In this document: positions 15,001-26,546 of the stretch, piece by piece
How the letters are laid out: each line of letters opens with the position of its first letter
Numbering within the stretch: the first letter of the stretch is position 1
Origin: Octopus sinensis
Lineage: Eukaryota
Assembly (NCBI RefSeq): GCF_006345805.1
Contig: NC_043011.1
Span: 23,076,464-23,140,463, forward strand
DNA length: 64,000 nt
Direction of reading: 5' to 3'
Position numbers and translations under genes: made by a program
The notes under the pieces: model-generated
The model's input: only the letters and a program-made list of their open reading frames with translations
What the model was told of the DNA's origin: nothing
Database searches by the model: none

Positions 15001-18000
15001 TGTGATGAAATAACAGCCAGACACATCGTGATTGTATAACGGGACAGTTGCCGCGCAAGAAACCTTCATCTGAAGATCCACTCGCATGAAAGCAGTCGAA
15101 AAATATATCCTAATCTGACTTTATACTCATAAAAAAAGCTGTGATGAAATAACAGCCAGACACATCGTGATTGTATAACGGGACAGTTGCCGCGCAAGAA
15201 ACCTTCATCTGAAGATCCACTCGCATGAAAGCAGTCGAAAAATATATCCTAATCTGACTTTATACTCATAAAAAAAGCTGTGATGAAATAACAGCCAGAC
15301 ACATCGTGATTGTATAACGGGACAGTTGCCGCGCAAGAAACCTTCATCTGAAGATCCACTCGCATGAAAGCAGTCGAAAAATATATCCTAATCTGACTTT
15401 ATACTCATAAAAAAAGCTGTGATGAAATAACAGCCAGACACATCGTGATTGTATAACGGGACAGTTGCCGCGCAAGAAACCTTCATCTGAAGATCCACTC
15501 GCATGAAAGCAGTCGAAAAATATATCCTAATCTGACTTTATACTCATAAAAAAAGCTGTGATGAAATAACAGCCAGACACATCGTGATTGTATAACGGGA
15601 CAGTTGCCGCGCAAGAAACCTTCATCTGAAGATCCACTCGCATGAAAGCAGTCGAAAAATATATCCTAATCTGACTTTATACTCATAAAAAAAGCTGTGA
15701 TGAAATAACAGCCAGACACATCGTGATTGTATAACGGGACAGTTGCCGCGCAAGAAACCTTCATCTGAAGATCCACTCGCATGAAAGCAGTCGAAAAATA
15801 TATCCTAATCTGACTTTATACTCATAAAAAAAGCTGTGATGAAATAACAGCCAGACACATCGTGATTGTATAACGGGACAGTTGCCGCGCAAGAAACCTT
15901 CATCTGAAGATCCACTCGCATGAAAGCAGTCGAAAAATATATCCTAATCTGACTTTATACTCATAAAAAAAGCTGTGATGAAATAACAGCCAGACACATC
16001 GTGATTGTATAACGGGACAGTTGCCGCGCAAGAAACCTTCATCTGAAGATCCACTCGCATGAAAGCAGTCGAAAAATATATCCTAATCTGACTTTATACT
16101 CATAAAAAAAGCTGTGATGAAATAACAGCCAGACACATCGTGATTGTATAACGGGACAGTTGCCGCGCAAGAAACCTTCATCTGAAGATCCACTCGCATG
16201 AAAGCAGTCGAAAAATATATCCTAATCTGACTTTATACTCATAAAAAAAGCTGTGATGAAATAACAGCCAGACACATCGTGATTGTATAACGGGACAGTT
16301 GCCGCGCAAGAAACCTTCATCTGAAGATCCACTCGCATGAAAGCAGTCGAAAAATATATCCTAATCTGACTTTATACTCATAAAAAAAGCTGTGATGAAA
16401 TAACAGCCAGACACATCGTGATTGTATAACGGGACAGTTGCCGCGCAAGAAACCTTCATCTGAAGATCCACTCGCATGAAAGCAGTCGAAAAATATATCC
16501 TAATCTGACTTTATACTCATAAAAAAAGCTGTGATGAAATAACAGCCAGACACATCGTGATTGTATAACGGGACAGTTGCCGCGCAAGAAACCTTCATCT
16601 GAAGATCCACTCGCATGAAAGCAGTCGAAAAATATATCCTAATCTGACTTTATACTCATAAAAAAAGCTGTGATGAAATAACAGCCAGACACATCGTGAT
16701 TGTATAACGGGACAGTTGCCGCGCAAGAAACCTTCATCTGAAGATCCACTCGCATGAAAGCAGTCGAAAAATATATCCTAATCTGACTTTATACTCATAA
16801 AAAAAGCTGTGATGAAATAACAGCCAGACACATCGTGATTGTATAACGGGACAGTTGCCGCGCAAGAAACCTTCATCTGAAGATCCACTCGCATGAAAGC
16901 AGTCGAAAAATATATCCTAATCTGACTTTATACTCATAAAAAAAGCTGTGATGAAATAACAGCCAGACACATCGTGATTGTATAACGGGACAGTTGCCGC
17001 GCAAGAAACCTTCATCTGAAGATCCACTCGCATGAAAGCAGTCGAAAAATATATCCTAATCTGACTTTATACTCATAAAAAAAGCTGTGATGAAATAACA
17101 GCCAGACACATCGTGATTGTATAACGGGACAGTTGCCGCGCAAGAAACCTTCATCTGAAGATCCACTCGCATGAAAGCAGTCGAAAAATATATCCTAATC
17201 TGACTTTATACTCATAAAAAAAGCTGTGATGAAATAACAGCCAGACACATCGTGATTGTATAACGGGACAGTTGCCGCGCAAGAAACCTTCATCTGAAGA
17301 TCCACTCGCATGAAAGCAGTCGAAAAATATATCCTAATCTGACTTTATACTCATAAAAAAAGCTGTGATGAAATAACAGCCAGACACATCGTGATTGTAT
17401 AACGGGACAGTTGCCGCGCAAGAAACCTTCATCTGAAGATCCACTCGCATGAAAGCAGTCGAAAAATATATCCTAATCTGACTTTATACTCATAAAAAAA
17501 GCTGTGATGAAATAACAGCCAGACACATCGTGATTGTATAACGGGACAGTTGCCGCGCAAGAAACCTTCATCTGAAGATCCACTCGCATGAAAGCAGTCG
17601 AAAAATATATCCTAATCTGACTTTATACTCATAAAAAAAGCTGTGATGAAATAACAGCCAGACACATCGTGATTGTATAACGGGACAGTTGCCGCGCAAG
17701 AAACCTTCATCTGAAGATCCACTCGCATGAAAGCAGTCGAAAAATATATCCTAATCTGACTTTATACTCATAAAAAAAGCTGTGATGAAATAACAGCCAG
17801 ACACATCGTGATTGTATAACGGGACAGTTGCCGCGCAAGAAACCTTCATCTGAAGATCCACTCGCATGAAAGCAGTCGAAAAATATATCCTAATCTGACA
17901 TTATACTCATAAAAAAAGCTGTGATGAAATAACAGCCAGACACATCGTGATTGTATAACGGGACAGTTGCCGCGCAAGAAACCTTCATCTGAAGATCCAC

Positions 18001-18626
18001 TCGCATGAAAGCAGTCGAAAAATATATCCTAATCTGACTTTATACTCATAAAAAAAGCTGTGATGAAATAACAGCCAGACACATCGTGATTGTATAACGG
18101 GAGAGTTGCCGCGCAAGAAACCTTCATCTGAAGATCCACTCGCATGAAAGCAGTCGAAAAATATATCCTAATCTGACATTATACTCATAAAAAAAGCTGT
18201 GATGAAATAACAGCCAGACACATCGTGATTGTATAACGGGACAGTTGCCGCGCAAGAAACCTTCATCTGAAGATCCACTCGCATGAAAGCAGTCGAAAAA
18301 TATATCCTAATCTGACATTATACTCATAAAAAAAGCTGTGATGAAATAACAGCCAGACACATCGTGATTGTATAACGGGACAGTTGCCGCGCAAGAAACC
18401 TTCATCTGAAGATCCACTCGCATGAAAGCAGTCGAAAAATATATCCTAATCTGACATTATACTCATAAAAAAAGCTGTGATGAAATAACAGCCAGACACA
18501 TCGTGATTGTATAACGGGACAGTTGCCGCGCAAGAAACCTTCATCTGAAGATCCACTCGCATGAAAGCAGTCGAAAAATATATCCTAATCTGACTTTATA
18601 CTCATAAAAAAAGCTGTGAAGAAATA
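1..18626. repeat. 139-bp tandem satellite, 134 copies in window (continues off the left edge)
   Basis: Unit acagccagac...gctgtgatgaaata restarts at 140, 8341 and 16681 (exact period 139). About 40% GC, 6 CpG per unit, no long ORF. Ends at 18626. Confidence 0.99.
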
Positions 18627-19114
18627 GTGACACAACGATTTTGAAGACTATGTTACCTACAACGAAGAAATTCTGTTATCTGCAATTAGAAAAATCAAAG
18701 AAGTTGAGCTCACGATCATAAGAACTCAATATCTAGACCTGCTGATGCTCCAGTTTATTCTGCTGAAAATAATTACCAGGCCATTTTCTCGCGCAGCCCA
18801 CCAGCTGTCATACCCTGGATGATGTTCTGCTGTGTCGAGGGTACGATGTGCAACTGGTTATCTATCTCTGCATTGACACATAAAACAATTAGCGACGGTA
18901 TGATTCATGTTGCCTCATTATGCACGCTTAGAGGAACGACAGCTATGCCTTTATAGGTTCACATGCGCGAACGCGCGCGCGTTTATGTGTGTTTGTGTGT
19001 ATGGGGGGTGCACTTATGCATAAAATAAACAAGACGTGATATATCAATTAAGGCTACGTTAATAATCTGTAAAAACAGGATGGGTTTTTCGTAAAGAGCT
19101 AATTGTGAGTGTGT

Positions 19115-19434
19115 GAAAGCACGTGGCTTAGTGGTTAGAGGTATTCGACTCACAATCGTAAGGTTGTAAGTTCGATACCTGGTAGCGAGTTGTGTCCTTG
19201 AGCTAGACACTTTGTTTCACGTTGCTCCAGTTCACTCAGCTTTCAGAAATGAGTTGTACCTGTATTTCAAAGGGCCAGCCTTGTCACATTCTGTGTCACG
19301 CCGAATTTCCTTGAGAACTACGTTAATGTTACGCGTGTCTGTGGAGTGCTCAGCCACTTGCACATTAATTTCGCGAGCAGGCTGTTCTATTGATCGGATC
19401 AGCTGGAACTTTACTCGTCGTAACCGATGGAATG
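19115..19434 (+). mobile_element. tRNA-derived CORE-type SINE (head A + tail X)
   Basis: Pol III A box tggcttagtggttag, B box gttcgatacc, CORE-like tgtgtccttgagctagacact. The tail ...gtgctcagccacttgcac...cgtaaccga recurs at 23510-23700 and 54150-54310. Ends in an (ATGC)/(ATGT) microsatellite. Confidence 0.85.
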
Positions 19435-19501
19435 CATGCATGCATGTATGCGTGTATGTGTGTATGTGTGTATGTGTGTGTGTGTGCGTGCGTGGGTGGG
19501 T

Positions 19502-19817
19502 GGAGGCGTAATGGACCAGTGGTTAGAGCAGCGGACTTGCGGTCGGATGATCGCGGTTTCGATTTCCAGACCGGGCGTTGTGTGTGTTTATTGAGCGAAG
19601 ACACCTAAAGCTCCACGAGGCTCCGGCAGGGGGTGGTGGCGACCCATGTTGCATTCTTTCGCTTCAACTTTCTCTCACTCTTTCTTCCTGTTTCTTGAGT
19701 AACGCTGTGATAGACCGGCTTCCCATCCAGCTGGGGGGAACATATACGCTACAGAAACCGGGAAACCGGGCCCATGAGCCTGGCTAGGCTTGAAAAGGGC
19801 GCATAAATAATAAAAAA
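19502..19817 (+). mobile_element. tRNA-derived SINE (head B + tail Y)
   Basis: A box tggaccagtggttag, B-box-like gtttcgatttcc. First ~190 bp near-identical to 23321-23510. A-rich end. Confidence 0.8.
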
Positions 19818-19879
19818 TGTATGTATGTATACAAACAAGCATATATATAACGTCATAAAGCCGTTTACAATCATACATT

Positions 19880-20825
19880 TTAACCACTCTAATCAGAGCA
19901 AAGGCGCGTGATCTAAGACACGACGGTTCAAAAACCATTCGATGGACCCGAGTGGAAGAGGTGCAAGATAACAACAAAGCCACAATTTGGTCTTTGACGG
20001 ACCAAAATGGGCGCATGTTACTTGACCGCAAGCAGGTATTTGCAAATTTCGACAGCACTTTGCTCAACTGTTCGGGACGACTGGCTGACGAAACGCAGGA
20101 TAGATTCCACAGCCAACCTCAACAGCGTGCCTCTCTGTAAAGAGAGGTTGAGTGTTGTGAAAACCCGATAAGAAACGTGGATATAGAGGAAGCAATGGCT
20201 GGCTGCATGAAGGGGGCAAGTAAATAGCCTGGTTTAGATGATCAGTCCCACGAGCTCTGGTTTTCAGACTTGTTTGGAGACCTTTTGGTAGATATCTGCT
20301 GCAAATAGAGACAAAACTCATGAATTCCTCCTTCTGTGAATCAAGAAGCTGAGAAAGGCCCAAACAAAAGGGAACACATTGATATTTTTCGGCCCATATC
20401 TCTGTTTAATGCAAATTTCGAAATTCTGGCCAAGGTGTTAACAAAGAAGCGAGCACTTGTCATCGACGGTCGAACTGATGATGCACAAACATACGCCATC
20501 TCGAACAAATCTATCCACAACAACCTCTATCTCATGCGATACATCAAAGCGAGGGTGGGTAAAGAACCTGTTGGGTGGAGACCAGACCACTTTACATCGA
20601 TCAAAATCTTTTTAACAGATGGATCACCAATTCCTGGTTCTCTTTTCACAGCTGCTTTCGGTCCCGTCTTCCGTGGTTGGATTGCTGCAATATACGGTGA
20701 CACTTACTCGATGGTGGGGTGAACGATCACTTATTGGAACCACATGGATCATGCGGTCCTCCGTCAAGGTTATCCCTCATACGTTATGTTTGCGAAAATG
20801 GCAACTGGTAAACTCTTGTTGAAAA
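19880..20825 (+). mobile_element. Decayed L1/Tx1-type LINE ORF2 (RT) fragment
   Basis: Frameshifted peptides FRPISLFNANFEILAKVL, QTYAISNKSIHNNLYLMRYI and AAFGPVFRGWIAAIY match L1/Tx1 RT motifs (RPISLLN.D.KIL.K). Confidence 0.85.
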
Positions 20826-22289
20826 GAGATAGTCTGAACTGAAGTTTCAAACATCTGTGATTCTTCTGTGTTCCTATGTAATGTTGTTCAAGGAAGGGCA
20901 TACACAATATCTGGCATCATTCAGAGACAAACATAAAAAATATGCAACATCCCTATGAACATCGAAAGAAGGTGGAATAAGCAACCCCTAGATAGGATGG
21001 AAAATTATTGCTAAAGCTAAAAAATACAGAGGATAGGGTACCAAATGTAAAAAATCAAACATTATACAGTAAAGTGTATTTGCCAACGTAAGGTAGCTGT
21101 CCTACGCAGATCTATGTTACTACCTTTTAACCCCAGGAAAACATCTTTTCCAGCTGGTTATCGACACACGATCTGTATCTGAAATTTACTGTGAACAAGG
21201 GAGCATACGATTCTCCTCTAGCTGTTAGCAGTACCAGCAGACTATAATTTCTGGGTTATTTCCCTCGGTACTGGATAACTGCCGGCTAGAGATGGCAGTC
21301 GCTCGACCTTACTCACAATGTATAAACTGAGAAACGACAAACATGCTAAACAAATAAACAGAGAAGTGACAGACATGTTAAACAAATAAAAATAAAACAG
21401 CTAAAATATATACAGTAATACTTTGTTGCTTTTTTGTTTGGTTGGTTGACTCACTGGTTCGGCTAGCTGCCTGATTGGTTGGTTGGTTGGTTGGTTTTCT
21501 TCCTGGTGAGTAAAATCAAATTCTTTCAGAGAATTGCTTTCTAAATGAATGGTTACTTTTGTAATGAAATCAATAAAAGAGCCTGCTCGTAAAATTTATG
21601 TGCAAATGGCTGAGCACTCGACAGATATGCGTAACATGTGATGTTTAAATGACGTCTTTACAAAAGAAGAGAAATCATGGGCGGATAAGAAAGCAGGAGA
21701 ATAGGAACAGCAACGGCAAAAGCAGCAGCAGACTTATAAACACAACAGACAAGTAACACACCCCGTTCACAAAGCAAACTTTCAATCCCCAGTTTTTGTC
21801 AAATGGAAATTACCTGTACGATAAGGGCATACACAAAACATCTATCCCATTCAGCCTAGACAAGCAAAAGCAATAGGAATACAGAAAGAGAGAGAATTTC
21901 TTTATTCACCATAAGGTTGAGAAAAAGAGGAGACGATACGAGGACAGACAAAACAAACATTGGGGTCAGGGTAGAGAGTTTTGAAACAACGTCACTGAAG
22001 CGTTCTTTCGTTTTATGATCAGAAAATGTGAGGGATCTTCGTTATGATCTTAAATTTCTTCCAACCACTTTAAATATTTCAAATTTTCACCAGATTGGTA
22101 TTTAGCTTTATAGTTTTGCATGCTGAAAACGAAAAATCGCTGTTAGACCAACAATTGTTTTTTTTTTTTTTTTTCACCATTTGTATATAGTCATGGATTG
22201 AGGATTCAGTTCGTTTCCAATCTGGTTCAGGCACATGATGTTGATAAGCCACAAAAATGGCGAAACATTTATGTCCATTGCTCATGAAG

Positions 22290-22745
22290 GGGATTTTGTC
22301 TTCAATGGCGTAAGCAGTACAGTCCCTCGCGGAGCTCTGCTCCCTCTCATGTTGCAGACTCACGGCGCATGACACCCCTGCACCACCAAACAGATATGTC
22401 GTCGGGAAAGCCATTTCCGAAGACCAGTCGTGCCGTCTTCAATAGACCCTCTCCGGTGAAACCGGTTAGCATGGCCAGTCTCCGAACCTCCGCGGCATAC
22501 TGTTCGTCTGTCCAACTGACCCTTCCCAACTTAGCAAACGCGGCGTACCTTTCCTCCGTATAGGCTTCCCTCAAGTGCTAATCGATCTTCGCCGCGCTCA
22601 ATTGGTCTTCCACAGCCATCCCAAGGTACAACGCGCTTCCCTCCAGGTACAGTGCCATGAAACCTGCTACATCGTCGATGCCTTGTTGCCTGGCCACCAC
22701 CTTGACCTTACGGATCCACTACATCTCTTTCGCCATAGAAAGGCG
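22290..22745 (-). mobile_element. Gypsy/Ty3-like gag remnant
   Basis: Minus-strand peptides FYGERDVV, KVKVVARQQGIDDVAGFMALYLEG and REAYTEERYAAFAKLGRVSWTDEQYAAEVRRLAMLTGF..GFPDDIS resemble invertebrate Gypsy gag. Stops and frameshifts present; no pol or LTR seen. Confidence 0.65.
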
Positions 22746-22892
22746 AATGTATGTATGTATGTATGTATGCATGCATGCATGCATGTATGTGTGTGTGTGT
22801 GTGTGTGTGTATGTGTGCGTGTATATGAATAAATAAATGGATGAATGAGTGAATGTGTGTGAGTATGAAGAAAGTTGTGCAGAAGTACATAT

Positions 22893-23064
22893 CACTAACG
22901 TAGCTAGAGTATGTCGCCCGGGGCGTCCTTCAATTTACCGCCATCGGGCCCCCACGAAGAATACATATTGCCTACAGCAAACCCAAAAGTGGTGCCACCC
23001 CCATGAAAGTACCGCCCGAGGTGGACCGCTCCTTCCATCCCACCCCACTCTAGCTACGCTAGTG
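22893..23064. mobile_element. 172-bp MITE, probably hAT superfamily
   Basis: 18-bp TIRs cactaacgtagctagagt / actctagctacgctagtg (17/18). 8-bp TSD gtacatat (22885-22892) / gtgcatat (23065-23072). Confidence 0.75.
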
Positions 23065-23317
23065 GTGCATATCCCGCAATACCAATAATATTTTCAAGAA
23101 TTATGACCTTTCCAAGACCCACGATAAATGCATCCGTCACCCACAAGGCAATGCTAGAAGAGGATATATCTACTAAATACCTGTTCAAATGAAAAATAAG
23201 GATGCCTCTAAACCACGTTGTAACAGAAAATGTCGATTAAGTCATAACAATGTGGAAGCTGCACCAAAATGTCCGTAAAATACTGCTTTCCCACGAAACA
23301 TAGCATTGTCGTCAGAA

Positions 23318-23702
23318 ATGTGGAGGCGCAATGGCCCAGTGGTTAGGGCAGCGGACTCGCGGTCATAGGATCGCGGTTTCGATTCCCAGACCGGGCGTTG
23401 TGTTTATTGAGCAAAAACACCTAAAGCTCCACGAGGCTCCGGCAGGGGATGGTGGTGATCCCTGATGTACTCTTTCACCACAACTTTCTCTCACTCTTAC
23501 TTCCTGTTTCTGTTGTACCTGTATTTCAAAGGACCGGCCTTGTCATTCTCTGTGTCACGCTGTAATATCCCCGAGAACTACGTTAAGGGTACACGTGTCT
23601 GTGGAGTGCTCAGCCACTTACACGTTAATTTCACGAGCAGGCTGTTCCGTTGATTCGGATCAACCGGAACCCTCATCGTCGTAACCGACGGAGTGCTTCC
23701 AC
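23318..23702 (+). mobile_element. Full-length SINE (head B + tail X) with TSD
   Basis: tRNA-like head ggcgcaatggcccagtggttag...gtttcgattccc. Perfect 12-bp TSD ttgtcgtcagaa at 23306-23317 and 23703-23714. Confidence 0.9.
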
Positions 23703-23988
23703 TTGTCGTCAGAATCATCTACAACGCTATACAAAGGAAGGATTGTCCTGATGGCCGTACAAAAGGCTCTCCTGAACATAATGTATCTGCACTACTAAAC
23801 ATAAAAAAATATTAGTGGGACATTCCAACAAAAATGTCAACTCGGTGTAAACTAAATAGGCCAGATCCCCAGTTTTTGTTAACTAAATGAAAACTACCTG
23901 TAAACGCCACCATGTCTACACAACATCGCAGAACACTATTACAACATTCCAAAAACATCTCTCATTCAGCCTAGGCAAGCAACAGGCA

Positions 23989-24399
23989 TACTCTCTTTTA
24001 CTCTTTCACTTGTTTCAGTCATTTGACTGCGGCCATGCTGGAGCACCGCCTTTTAGTCGAGCAAATCGACCCCAGGACTTATTCTTTGTAAGCCTAGTAC
24101 TTATTATATCGGTCTCTTTTGCCGAACCGCTAAGTGACGGGGACGTAAACACACCAGCATCGGTTGTCAAGCGATGTTGGGGGAACAAACACAGACACAG
24201 AAACACAGGCACACACATATATACATATATATATATATATACGACGGGCTTCTTTCAGTTTCCGCCTACCAAATCCACTCACAAGACTTTGGTCAGCCCG
24301 AGGCCATAGCAGAAGACACTTGCCCAAGGTGCCACGCAGTGGGACTGAACCCGGAACCATGTGGTTGGTAAGCAAGCTACTTACCGCACAGCCACCCCT
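23989..24399 (-). mobile_element. tRNA-derived SINE family C with internal (TA)n
   Basis: Reverse complement of 24508-24929 and 60535-60912. Minus-strand head tggctgtgcggtaag...ggttcagtccc...ccttgggcaagtgtctt. Confidence 0.9.
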
Positions 24400-24507
24400 A
24401 CTTTCCATATATGGAAAGAGAGAGAAAGAGAGAGAAAAAGAGAAACTTGCTGCTCTTATATCCAGGCAATAGATTTTCAATTGTATCTATTATTATTTAA
24501 ATGTTTG

Positions 24508-24667
24508 GCGCAGGAGTGGGTGTGTGTAAGTAGCTTGTTTACCAACCACATGGTTCCGGGTTCAGTCCCACTGCGTGGCACCTTGGGCAAGTGTCTTCTA
24601 CTATAGCCTCAGGTCGACCAAAGCCTTGTGAGTGGATTTGGTAGACGGAAACTGAAAGAAGCCCGTC

Positions 24668-24714
<47 letters not shown>

Positions 24715-24929
24715 TGTGTGTGTTTGTGTGTCTGTGTTTGTCCCTCTAGCATTGCTTGACAACCGATGCTGGTGTGTTTATGTCCCCGTTACTTAGCGGT
24801 TCGGTAAAAGAGACCGATAGAATAAGTACTGGGCTTACAAAAGAATAAGTCCCAGGGTCGAGTTGCTCGATTAAAGGCGGTGCTCCAACATGGCCGCAGT
24901 CAAATGACTGAAACAAGTAAAAGAGAGTA
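24508..24929 (+). mobile_element. tRNA-derived SINE family C with internal (TA)n
   Basis: Same family as 23989-24399 in the opposite orientation; ends taaaagagagta. Confidence 0.9.
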
Positions 24930-25720
24930 TGTAACAACAGATTTGCATTTAAAAAAAACCCAAAAATCCTGGAGCTCTCCAAACAAGAACGACGCAAACT
25001 AATTCGCTTTCTACAGATACAATTGATAAAAGCTTTCCAAGGGTTCTCCTTTTGAGGCTCTTAGGCCGAACACATACACACTATTACACACAAACACATG
25101 TAATATGCATGTGCATACGCACACAAAAAACTGTAATACTGCACACAAACCTGTGTACTGAGATGGATACCCCAAACCAAGTACGAGATTATCCACATTA
25201 GCATATGCGTACACACACACACTCACACACACATCATCATCATCATCATTGTTCGACCGTGGTCTAGACTTATAGTCTTTTCAAATGGCTAATAATGTGT
25301 GCGCGCGCCACTACTACACACATTGGAAAGCATTGTACAACCAAGTACTAAAGAAGATCTTTCCTCCTCCATGAAACAAAGATGTTCCCGCTGGACGTCA
25401 ACCCAGTATTTCTAAGCTACGGACCGAGTGATTTATTGTAAGGTTATCTCCCTAGATAGATTGCCTTCACTACGGCTAAGGAGCCCTTTCTACCCCTTTC
25501 TACCTCACACACACACACATGCACACACCAGTTAATTCGGATAACTGCACTCCAAGAGCATGTCTTGACTTAAACAGAAGAGTCTTTACACAATGTGTGT
25601 GTGTGTGCGCGCGTGTTTGAAAGAACAAGCAGGAGAAATATTAATCATTTTTACTCAGCATAAAGTTACAAATTAACTCAAGGGGCGAGAATTTCGTATA
25701 TGACACATGTTTGATCTGTG

Positions 25721-26398
25721 GGATCTTTTCCTTTTGAACGGCAGTTTGTAACATAATTTCTAGGTAACTAAAAAGTTTTAAACTTCGTATACTGGTAGAA
25801 TGTGTTTATAAAACATCATTTTCTCTTGGTTTTATTGAGAAAATTCTATAGTTTGTAAGATATTTCGTCTGAAAATCCGAGCATTTCGGCCATTTTAACC
25901 AATCGATTACCTCCGTTGAACTAAAATCATTTGCTGCGTCTAAAACTGAGACAACTTCCTGTTACTAACCCTAAACCTCCCCCTAACTCTAACCCTAACC
26001 CTAAATTTTTTTTCTTAATTGTTAAATTAATTTAATTGTTACGCGTGTAAAAAAAACTAAAGCAATGGAAAATAATTTAAACAATTAACAAACAAAATAA
26101 TTCTATAATTTTATACACACGCTTTCCGTACGTATACGGAAAGCGTGTGTTAGGGTTAGGGTTAGGGTTAGTTACAGGATGTTGTCTCAGTTTTAGACGC
26201 AGCAAATGATTTTAGCTCAAAAGAGAGCATAGGATTGGTTAAACTTCGAAAAATTAAACTACGTTAAACAAACAAATTACAATTTTCTCAAGAAAGCCAA
26301 GAGAAAAAATGTTTTATTTTGACACATTCTAGCAGTATACGAAGTTTTAAAGTGTTTAGTTAACTAGAAATTGTCTGCCGTTCAAAAGGAAAAGATCC
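25721..26398. mobile_element. Palindromic (foldback) non-autonomous DNA element with internal telomeric repeats, copy 1
   Basis: Termini ggatcttttccttttgaacggcag / ctgccgttcaaaaggaaaagatcc. CCCTAA-like tract 25966-26004, (TTAGGG)3 at 26150-26167, central hairpin acacgctttccgta-cgta-tacggaaagcgtgt. TSD-like gatctgtg / aatctgtg. Confidence 0.85.
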
Positions 26399-26503
26399 AA
26401 TCTGTGGTATGTACGAAACTCTCGGCTCTTGAATAACTGTTGTACCTTTATATCGAATAGAAATATAAAATGTACACACACACACGTGTGTGTGTTTGTT
26501 TAC

Positions 26504-26540
<37 letters not shown>

Positions 26541-26546
26541 TATATA

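Noticed and set aside
1-18626. CRISPR array or tandem RNA-gene cluster
   Set aside because: No unique spacers and no cas genes. The monomer shows no 5S, tRNA or snRNA similarity that I can recognise.
21120-21330. Possible snRNA-like structure (ataatttctgg Sm-like motif, short hairpins)
   Set aside because: Short matches to U4atac/U6atac are in the wrong order and the hairpins are weak. An Rfam scan would settle it.
20850-23990. Three related segments (~20870, ~21780, ~23860) sharing cccagtttttgt and cattcagcctag
   Set aside because: Too diverged to assign; probably fragments of one old repeat.
25966-26170. True telomere or chromosome fusion point
   Set aside because: Only 2-4 repeats, embedded at the same position in several dispersed element copies.
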